Shown: positions 8,936 to 14,601 of the stretch, piece after piece
Layout of the letters: each line of letters starts with the position of its first letter
Position numbering within the stretch: the stretch's first letter is position 1
Source: Tissierella sp. Yu-01
GTDB lineage: Bacteria; Bacillota; Clostridia; Tissierellales; Tissierellaceae
DNA: 24,000 bases
NCBI RefSeq assembly: GCF_029537395.1
Contig: NZ_CP120677.1
Span: forward strand, 2,108,566-2,132,565
Reading direction: 5' to 3'
Notes under the pieces: generated by a model
Database searches by the model: none
The model's input: the letters and a program-made list of their open reading frames with translations, nothing else
What the model was told of the DNA's origin: nothing
Program-made: the position numbers and the translations under genes

Positions 8936-8969
8936 TAAGGCTAAAAGGGACAGTTCCTTTTTAGCCTTA
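8936..8969 (-). other. Intercistronic hairpin between the DUF2249 gene and the small membrane-protein gene
   Basis: TAAGGCTAAAAGG...CCTTTTTAGCCTTA forms a 13-bp stem with one bulge. No U-tract follows on the minus strand, where the next RBS comes instead. This points to a stabiliser, processing site or partial terminator rather than a full stop. Confidence 0.4.
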
Positions 8970-8975
8970 TAGACT

Positions 8976-9218
8976 CTATTCGTTAGCAAAGTTTTTTGTT
9001 ATTGAAACCCTCCATACTTCAGGACCTTCCTCAAGGTATTCCCAGTTGAAGAAACCTTCTCTTTCAGCTTGGAATTGATAATATAATGGCTTTGGATCAT
9101 GGTCGTTTATCAATTCCATCTTTTCACCTTTGCCAAGGGAATCAAATGTTTCAAAAATTACTCTATGTTTATCTACTGGCTTATATTCTCTAGCATCAAC
9201 TGTTTTTGCAAATACCAT
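8976..9218 (-). CDS. DUF2249 domain protein
   Basis: 80 aa. The stretch ...HRVIFETFDSLGKGEKMELINDHDPKPLYYQFQAEREGFFNWEYLEEGPEVWRVSITK matches the DUF2249 pattern as I recall it (..G..l.l..dHdP.PL...l.......w.y...gP..w.v.i.k). RBS AAAGGAG lies upstream. Confidence 0.7.
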   Translation of the reverse strand: MVFAKTVDAREYKPVDKHRVIFETFDSLGKGEKMELINDHDPKPLYYQFQAEREGFFNWEYLEEGPEVWRVSITKNFANE

Positions 9219-9260
9219 TTAATCATCTCCTTTTCAAATTATTGTTTCCAGTTTGTTATA

Positions 9261-9304
9261 AAAAATCACTCCTGTATCATAATGATACCCTTGGAGTGAT
9301 TTTT
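9261..9304 (-). terminator. Strong hairpin plus U-tract ending the agrB transcription unit
   Basis: AAAAATCACTCC...GGAGTGATTTTT is a perfect 12-bp outer stem, with an inner GTATCAT/ATGATAC stem. On the minus strand it is followed by TTTTTTAT. Confidence 0.7.
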
Positions 9305-9379
9305 ATATAAACACAAATATTAAACTAATAAAGAATGATATTGTTGACGTAGTTGATTCTATTTTTCAACCTTTCCGAT

Positions 9380-9481
9380 TTAATATCTTTCTAATGATTT
9401 GTTCCAGTATAGAACTATTCCTTTTGCTATTGTACAAATAAATCCAGTACCTATTAATAGTACATCCAAAATTACGGACAT
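9380..9481 (-). CDS. Possible 33-aa hydrophobic peptide downstream of agrB (MSVILDVLLIGTGFICTIAKGIVLYWNKSLERY)
   Basis: Hand-found ORF in the position where agrD normally sits. The RBS is weak (AGGTTGGA). It lacks the AgrD C-terminal EP..P motif. Confidence 0.25.
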   Translation of the reverse strand: MSVILDVLLIGTGFICTIAKGIVLYWNKSLERY

Positions 9482-9558
9482 TAAATAATCCAACCTATTT
9501 GCGTTTTGCCTATCATTATATATCAACTCTAGTTTTAATTATACCATAAACCTACCAG

Positions 9559-10143
9559 TTATATGGTAGTTATTGTAACCTCATTACTTAGTTTCATATT
9601 TATTGCAATAGCCATCAATGAACAAGCTATCACAAAAAATGCTCTATATTCCTGTCCAAAAACTAATAGTAGAATTTCCAAAAATAAGACCAAGGTAATA
9701 ATTTCGTTTTTCTTTCTACTACACCTTTCTATTTCACTGGCTGTTTTAGGTCTGTTTATATTAACTATTGAATCTGTTAGATATATTTTGATGACAGAAT
9801 AAATTAGAGAAATTATTCCTATTATCAGTTGCATTTGCTTTGAAAATATTATCGCAGGAACTATAATAAGTATGTATACCAGCATTGTTAACATCAGGCA
9901 TTTACCATATGTTTTACAGTGGAATCCCCCCGTATATCTTTTTACAGATATAAAAACCACCATAAATATAATGGTAAACTCTATAGTTTCTAGTAAAGTT
10001 CCTGCGAGTAATAGCAACAATATAGTAATTAGATTATTTAACAGTAATTCTAATCCATAGGAACATATATCAATATCTTCCTTTTCTATTATCTGATTTT
10101 GTTCTAATAAAAAAACTATGCTATTTATAAGTTTCTTTAGCAT
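9559..10143 (-). CDS. agrB: AgrB-family membrane endopeptidase (AgrD-processing enzyme)
   Basis: 194-aa polytopic protein. The motif VKRYTGGFHCKTYGKC carries the conserved R..GG.H-x6-C catalytic His/Cys pair with the same 7-residue spacing as S. aureus AgrB H77/C84. RBS AAGGAGG lies upstream. Confidence 0.88.
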   Translation of the reverse strand: MLKKLINSIVFLLEQNQIIEKEDIDICSYGLELLLNNLITILLLLLAGTLLETIEFTIIFMVVFISVKRYTGGFHCKTYGKCLMLTMLVYILIIVPAIIFSKQMQLIIGIISLIYSVIKIYLTDSIVNINRPKTASEIERCSRKKNEIITLVLFLEILLLVFGQEYRAFFVIACSLMAIAINMKLSNEVTITTI

Positions 10144-10156
10144 CTTTGATGCCTCC

Positions 10157-10359
10157 TTAATTTATAAATAGCATAGCATATGTTTTATTTGTTTTTTGTT
10201 TTTATGTTAAACTGGTAGCTTTTTTGGTTAAACTCGTAATATGTAAATTAATTGTTCTTAAATATTTGATGAATCTAATAAATTTAAATAAAAATTCTAT
10301 TTATAAGTCATGTATCCCAGACCTATAAATAGCATAGAACATATCTCCCCAGCATTTAA
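10157..10359. repeat. About 203-bp repeat, copy 1 (promoter module plus upstream flank), paired with 11986-12189
   Basis: The two copies align by eye over their whole length with scattered mismatches. Each runs from just upstream of the downstream gene's RBS to the stop codon TAA of the preceding ORF. Confidence 0.8.
10206..10238 (-). promoter_or_regulatory. LytTR-type direct-repeat boxes (copy A) upstream of agrB
   Basis: Plus strand: GTTAAACTGGTA-gcttttttg-GTTAAACTCGTA. On the minus strand this reads TACGAGTTTAAC-N9-TACCAGTTTAAC, with a 21-bp period. The conserved extended -10 TGcTATGCT (complement of 10170-10178) lies 27 nt downstream. Confidence 0.65.
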
Positions 10360-10565
10360 TCCTGCTCACTGGAAGAATTCTTATTAATTGTTGCAATAAT
10401 AAAAATTAAGCTGCTAATATTTAGGGCAATTAAAAGGTAAAGCGAGTATACTAACATTGCAATATCACCTAGAGGTGATGTAATACTAGTCATTAATAAA
10501 AGCAAAATAAACGAAATAAAAAATCCAGTCAATAATGAAATAATTCCTAACATAAAAATTATCAC
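10356..10565 (-). CDS. Small membrane protein (69 aa, two hydrophobic helices)
   Basis: RBS AGAGGAGTG lies 8 nt upstream. A TATAAT hexamer (complement of about 10635-10640) sits between it and the upstream terminator, so it may have its own promoter. Confidence 0.55.
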   Translation of the reverse strand: MIIFMLGIISLLTGFFISFILLLLMTSITSPLGDIAMLVYSLYLLIALNISSLIFIIATINKNSSSEQD

Positions 10566-10656
10566 TCCTCTTGTTATGATCTTGCAAGAATTTGTTCAGT
10601 CATTGAATATCGATACGGTATTTCTACCACTAACATTATAATAGCATTTATGTAAT

Positions 10657-10693
10657 AAAAAGGAAACCCGTTTTAAAATAAGTTTCCTTTTTT
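10657..10693 (-). terminator. Terminator after the 312-aa gene
   Basis: AAAAAGGAAAC-(14 nt)-GTTTCCTTTTT, with T-runs on both strands. Confidence 0.7.
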
Positions 10694-10711
10694 AGTCAAT
10701 AGTAATTTTAT

Positions 10712-11650
10712 TTATCTTATTCTTACTCTTTCTCCATAATCTCTAGAATGAATATAATAATCATCTGGATTCATAGTTTTAACAGAGTGTACAGGCTCAA
10801 AACTTAACCCAAGATCATCAGGGCTTACTGATACAGACGGATGTGCGCTATAAGTTGAATGACCATATCGGATTACCATAGCCGCTTCTGGAACCCTACC
10901 TGATTTTGTAAATGCACAGTATGCTCTTCCTCTCATTGCATAATATGATCCCTCCCGTAAGTCAAATGTAGTTTCCATAGCATGAATTTCATCAGTTGGA
11001 TAGAAATCATATATTTCAGTATTTCGATCGTCATCGACATCATAGTAATAAATTCTATGATATGATAAGTCATCATCAAAATACATACCCTCACTTACTA
11101 CAGCACCAATGATATCCGTTTTTGTTACTACAGGCATCACATCCCATTCCCAGTCAAAGCGTACTCTAAATGTTGTTGTTCTATCATCTCGATCATATTC
11201 ATGTCTGCTAAAATGTACTTCGCAATATAAATCTGAAAATATTCCCTGAATTGACACATCAGTGCCATCGTAATCCTTAATCTTTTCAATTCTCTCTTTT
11301 GTATAACCAAGCATTTCTAATTCTTTATCGCTTTTATTTTTTAATTCAATTATTATATTATCAACATCAAACTCTTTAATTTTTTTTATATCAGCTGAAC
11401 TCAAACCTTGTTGTCTTAATGTAGCTTCGCTTTTTTTCTTCAAGTTCATTAAGGCATCATACTCATTCACCTTAAAACTGGTTATAAATTTGTCGTAACC
11501 ATTTTCTGCCGCAATTTCATCTTGTTTAATTAGCTCCTCTCGGCTTAGACTTTTTAATGTAGGCATGCTTTCTGCATAAGTAGTAACTGGTGTTGCAAAT
11601 ACTATTAACGTAAATACAGCTAAAAGTAAAGATAAGATTTTTTTCTTCAT
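10712..11650 (-). CDS. Secreted protein of unknown family (312 aa), cargo of the agrD1 operon
   Basis: Signal peptide MKKKILSLLLAVFTLIVFATPVTTYA/ES. An internal duplicated helical motif is present (QGLSSADIKKIKEFDVD / MLGYTKERIEKIKDYDGTD). The C-terminal half is rich in D, Y and R. The start lies 18 nt after the agrD1 stop, with RBS AAGGGAG. Confidence 0.8.
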   Translation of the reverse strand: MKKKILSLLLAVFTLIVFATPVTTYAESMPTLKSLSREELIKQDEIAAENGYDKFITSFKVNEYDALMNLKKKSEATLRQQGLSSADIKKIKEFDVDNIIIELKNKSDKELEMLGYTKERIEKIKDYDGTDVSIQGIFSDLYCEVHFSRHEYDRDDRTTTFRVRFDWEWDVMPVVTKTDIIGAVVSEGMYFDDDLSYHRIYYYDVDDDRNTEIYDFYPTDEIHAMETTFDLREGSYYAMRGRAYCAFTKSGRVPEAAMVIRYGHSTYSAHPSVSVSPDDLGLSFEPVHSVKTMNPDDYYIHSRDYGERVRIR

Positions 11651-11668
11651 AATAACAAACTCCCTTCA

Positions 11669-11830
11669 TCATTTGTTTTTAATGGGTAACTTATCAATCT
11701 TCTTCCTCAACTTCTCCGACATCTTTGGTTCATAAAAATAGAATACTGACATTGTATTTGGCGAAGTTGCTGCTGACTTTATTGATGCCTTTGCTACTGA
11801 TTCTAAAATGTTTTTTCTAAAGTTTTTCAT
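11669..11830 (-). CDS. agrD: AgrD-family autoinducing-peptide precursor, paralog 1 (53 aa)
   Basis: Hand translation: MKNFRKNILESVAKASIKSAATSPNTMSVFYFYEPKMSEKLRKKIDKLPIKNK. It has an amphipathic N-terminal leader, a short hydrophobic core and a YEPKM.EKL tail resembling the clostridial AgrD recognition motif. RBS GGGGGTGA lies upstream. It is below the ORF-track size cut-off. Confidence 0.75.
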   Translation of the reverse strand: MKNFRKNILESVAKASIKSAATSPNTMSVFYFYEPKMSEKLRKKIDKLPIKNK

Positions 11831-11985
11831 GCTATTTCACCCCCATTTTTATATTAATTGCAATAGCATTAATTAGTTTGCTATTACAAAAGCATATACT
11901 ATGTGCATGTCCAAATCTTAGGTAAATAAATTTATTAAATAAAAAAAGCTATTTTATAAGATTCAGCATCTTAGTCGATACTGCA

Positions 11986-12189
11986 TTAACTTACAAATAG
12001 CATAGCATGTATTTTCTTGATATTTTAATTTTATGTTAAACTGGTAGGTTTTTTGGTTAAACTGGTGATATGTAAATTAATTTCTCTTAAATATCGGATG
12101 TATCTAATAAATTTAAATAAAAAATGCTATTTATAAGTCATGCATTTCAAACATAAAAATAGCATAGAACATATCTCCCCAGCATTTAA
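11986..12189. repeat. About 204-bp repeat, copy 2 (paired with 10157-10359)
   Basis: See copy 1. It contains the promoter module for agrD1. Confidence 0.8.
12035..12067 (-). promoter_or_regulatory. LytTR-type direct-repeat boxes (copy B) upstream of agrD1
   Basis: GTTAAACTGGTA-ggttttttg-GTTAAACTGGTG with a 21-bp period. The extended -10 TGcTATGCT is conserved downstream. A leader of about 160 nt precedes agrD1. Confidence 0.65.
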
Positions 12190-12304
12190 CTTTGATTACT
12201 TAAACTATCTATCATTAAACACTTTAACTCATAAAAAAGATAGAATACTAACACTATATTTGGTGGAGATTCTACTTTATCTTTAATAAATAATTCTGGA
12301 AATA
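12188..12304 (-). pseudogene. Decayed third agrD copy
   Basis: The DNA aligns with agrD1 (tagaatactRacaYtRtatttgg...). The reading frame gives ...PELFIKDKVESPPNIVLVFYLFYELKCLMIDSLSNQS*. There is no start codon (an in-frame TAA lies just upstream), the ring Ser is replaced by Leu, and the EP motif is lost (YELK). Confidence 0.55.
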
Positions 12305-12308
12305 TTAG

Positions 12309-12600
12309 TTATTTTTGACAAAAACACCCATATGAGGTATATGCCAATACAATATTAAGGATGTAAGCTGCTTTTTCTAATAACCCACTTTCTTCTAGTT
12401 CATAACTCGCTTTCTCATTTCTTAAAATATATAGAGCAATTAACGTTAATACTACTATTATTTTAGAAATTATCGACACCCATAACTACAATGGCAGCAA
12501 GGTTTCCTAGTTCCGTCAAGTTTATCCTTGCTCCATATGATATGGCCAGATACAATACAAATGATGTCAGAATTACTGCAAAAATTGTTTTACCTATTAA
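12309..12600 (-). pseudogene. Frameshifted small membrane-protein gene lacking a canonical start
   Basis: A good RBS AAAGGAG is followed by TTAATAGGT with no ATG, GTG or TTG. The first frame (..IGKTIFAVILTSFVLYLAISYGARINLTELGNLAAIVVMGVDNF*) continues in the +1 frame (IISKIIVVLTLIALYILRNEKASYELEESGLLEKAAYILNIVLAYTSYGCFCQK*). Confidence 0.4.
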
Positions 12601-12624
12601 CTTATATCTCCTTTAAATTTGTAA

Positions 12625-12676
12625 CTTACAAATAGCATAGCATATGATTTAATTGTTTTTTTATGTTAAACTGGTA
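12625..12676 (-). promoter_or_regulatory. Truncated promoter module (copy C): conserved -10 region plus a single LytTR-type box
   Basis: acaaatagcatagcatatg...atGTTAAACTGGTAattc. The second box is absent, and homology ends at 12676. Confidence 0.45.
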
Positions 12677-13122
12677 ATTCATCCTTAGATTTAAGTCAGG
12701 AAGAAATAAATAACCTTTTGGTGGACTTAGGAAATGAAGTATTTGAGAATAAAGATTACGAGAATAATCTTGATTCAATAGTTGAAAAAGTCTTTAGAGA
12801 ATTTGGAATAGAAGGTTCTTCCAACTTGGATGCTGCAAAGTCTAGAATTAAGGTATCTAAATCTAATTTTAAATAGTAACGCAATTTTAAATTAACACAT
12901 TTATACTAAGAGCATGATTCTTTGTTTTATTTTGAGGAATGGGATACTAGAAGACAAAGGCGAAAACTGGTAACGATCTATCAACATCTTAGACATTGAT
13001 AGATAAAATTTGTATTCCATTTTGTTAGAGATTTTCAATTTACAATTGTTCTTTTTCATTATAATAGATAACGAATGAACCCATAACTGCAATAGCAGTG
13101 GGATTTCAGTAAGCGTTTAAAA

Positions 13123-13159
13123 TACAATATGCTCCCTTATTTTAGGAGAGCATATTGTA
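13123..13159 (-). terminator. Terminator of the agrD2 operon
   Basis: TACAATATGCTC-(13 nt)-GAGCATATTGTA, followed on the minus strand by TTTT. It lies 86 nt after the stop of the 88-aa gene. Confidence 0.55.
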
Positions 13160-13245
13160 GGTATATTTCACTTGTTTATTATATATGTAACTTGTTCTAT
13201 GACTCTTTATAAGAGCTTAGGATACTGCAGAAATGTCGTTGATAA

Positions 13246-13512
13246 TCAAGCAAGTATTAACAATGTTCCAATAATCCAAACTGCAGCAACTACAAGTAAA
13301 CTCTTTAAATTGACTTCATTTGATATAGTTCTCCGTTTTAACTCTGTAATAAAGATAATCCCCATCGTAGCTGAATAACTTATCAACTCATAAATATTAC
13401 TATATTTAATTATAAGCTCCTTTGATTTGTTGATAAATGTATCAAACCAAATAAAGTTTAATAACAAAGCTATTATTAAAATGAATATTAAAGAATTATA
13501 TGCTTTATTCAT
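13246..13512 (-). CDS. Small three-TM membrane protein (88 aa), last gene of the agrD2 operon
   Basis: RBS AGAGGAG overlaps the end of the upstream gene (stop at 13527), implying coupling. Three hydrophobic segments are present. Confidence 0.7.
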   Translation of the reverse strand: MNKAYNSLIFILIIALLLNFIWFDTFINKSKELIIKYSNIYELISYSATMGIIFITELKRRTISNEVNLKSLLVVAAVWIIGTLLILA

Positions 13513-13526
13513 ACATCTTCTCCTCT

Positions 13527-14192
13527 TTAATATCTACCATCCCACTCTTCCACTAATTTTCTGTACGAAGAATCTTCATAGATTCTTACCCAAGGTTTTA
13601 CTTCAGGTCTAGAAGTAGTTATAGGATCTTTATAATATTCACGTTTTACATACCAGTATTCATCTAAATAATTCTCAAGTATTCTTTCAGCAAATATTAT
13701 GAGTACTGGTGCTACAACACCTGAACCTAAAACCATGCCTAAAACTGTAACAATAGCCGTTAAATCGCGGACTTCAACAGCTACCCTACCTTGATCAGTA
13801 TTAAAAAGCACCCATTTATGCCCAGCGGCCAACCTATTACTCAATTCAAGGTTATTTAGCTCTTCATAAGTTCTTTCTGGAGATATTTTAGCAACAACAT
13901 CACCATTTAATGTCACAATACCGCTAACCTTATCATACTCAGTTATATAACTCTTAGCAATTGTTCTCCTTAATGTTGAGCTTTCGTAATATTCAAACTT
14001 AGTAGGTTCACCATCAATAAGCAGTACATTATATCCTATATACTCAAGTTTATTCGTTAGTTTATCTTTATCTACTATAGACAAATTACTATCTAATGTC
14101 AAATAATCATACTCATCAGAATTAGCAAAACTAGCAGGAACTAGCGTTAACATGATGCAAAAAGCCATAAATACCGATATAAATTTTTTCAT
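13527..14192 (-). CDS. Exported, C-terminally anchored protein of unknown family (221 aa), cargo of the agrD2 operon
   Basis: Signal peptide MKKFISVFMAFCIMLTLVPASFA/NS. A late TM segment (LTAIVTVLGMVLGSGVVAPVLIIFA) is followed by a Y/W/K/E-rich tail of about 50 aa. RBS GAGGGGGA lies upstream. Confidence 0.8.
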   Translation of the reverse strand: MKKFISVFMAFCIMLTLVPASFANSDEYDYLTLDSNLSIVDKDKLTNKLEYIGYNVLLIDGEPTKFEYYESSTLRRTIAKSYITEYDKVSGIVTLNGDVVAKISPERTYEELNNLELSNRLAAGHKWVLFNTDQGRVAVEVRDLTAIVTVLGMVLGSGVVAPVLIIFAERILENYLDEYWYVKREYYKDPITTSRPEVKPWVRIYEDSSYRKLVEEWDGRY

Positions 14193-14252
14193 TAAACTTC
14201 CCCCTCTTATAGTATGATATTGTTACTATTTAACATCCAGTTTTTCATGGTT

Positions 14253-14411
14253 CTATTGCCTTAACCTTGCACACTCTACCTCCTTCCTCAACTTCTCTGG
14301 CATTTTTGGCTCATAAAAGTAGAATACTGACATTGTACTTGGTGAAGTTTCTGCTACCTTTATTGATGCCTTTGCAACTGATTCTAAAATGTTTTTCCTA
14401 AGTTTCTTCAT
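14253..14411 (-). CDS. agrD: AgrD-family autoinducing-peptide precursor, paralog 2 (52 aa)
   Basis: Hand translation: MKKLRKNILESVAKASIKVAETSPSTMSVFYFYEPKMPEKLRKEVECARLRQ. It carries the full YEPKMPEKL motif. RBS AGGAGGTGA lies upstream. It is below the ORF-track size cut-off. Confidence 0.8.
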   Translation of the reverse strand: MKKLRKNILESVAKASIKVAETSPSTMSVFYFYEPKMPEKLRKEVECARLRQ

Positions 14412-14568
14412 GCTATTTCACCTCCTTTTTAACTTAGCAGCATGTCCAAGTATTGAAAAAACAAATTCAATAAATAGAAAATGCTACTTATAGGCCTCTG
14501 CATCTTAATTGATGCAGTTTTAAATTATAAATAGCATAGCATATGTTTTCTGAACTTTTTAATTTTAT

Positions 14569-14601
14569 GTTAAACTGGTAGGTTTTTTGGTTAAACTGGC
14601 A
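14569..14601 (-). promoter_or_regulatory. LytTR-type direct-repeat boxes (copy D) upstream of agrD2; the distal box overlaps the agrC stop codon
   Basis: GTTAAACTGGTA-ggttttttg-GTTAAACTGGC with a 21-bp period. The last agrC codons ..TTG CCA GTT TAA are themselves the distal box. The extended -10 TGcTATGCT is conserved downstream. Confidence 0.65.

Noticed and set aside
9380-9481. The 33-aa ORF downstream of agrB as the locus AgrD
   Set aside because: It lacks the conserved C-terminal (Y/H)-x-P-x-x-P-x-x-L tail present in the two real AgrD candidates. I kept it only as a low-confidence sORF.
9099-10060. Plus-strand ORFs 9099..9299, 9563..9802 and 9872..10060
   Set aside because: They are antisense to the DUF2249 gene, its terminator, and agrB, with no supporting signals.
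12670-12876. 68-codon open frame on the plus strand (..LDLSQEEINNLLVDLGNEVFENKDYENNLDSIVEKVFREFGIEGSSNLDAAKSRIKVSKSNFK*)
   Set aside because: It looks protein-like, but it has no ATG and no RBS, and it begins right at the truncated promoter module. I treat it as a 3' gene fragment rather than a functional CDS, and mention it under the debris finding.
12961-13005. Lone box-like sequence gaaaactggtaac and the 9-bp inverted repeat ATCTATCAA...TTGATAGAT
   Set aside because: It is a single degenerate half-site without a phased partner or downstream -10. It is probably residual sequence from the decayed cassette.
12901-13092. 63-aa minus-strand ORF in the debris zone
   Set aside because: It has no RBS and begins inside a short echo of the decayed membrane gene. 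The sequence is low-complexity and not protein-like.
13172-13612. Plus-strand ORFs 13172..13378 and 13427..13612
   Set aside because: They are antisense to the well-supported 88-aa and 221-aa genes. They are AT-rich frame artefacts without RBSs.
10157-14601. Repeated modules as a possible CRISPR array or mobile-element ends
   Set aside because: The repeats are 60-200 bp long, irregularly spaced at kb scale, all in direct orientation, and carry promoter and operator features. No cas genes, transposase, integrase or terminal inverted repeats were seen.
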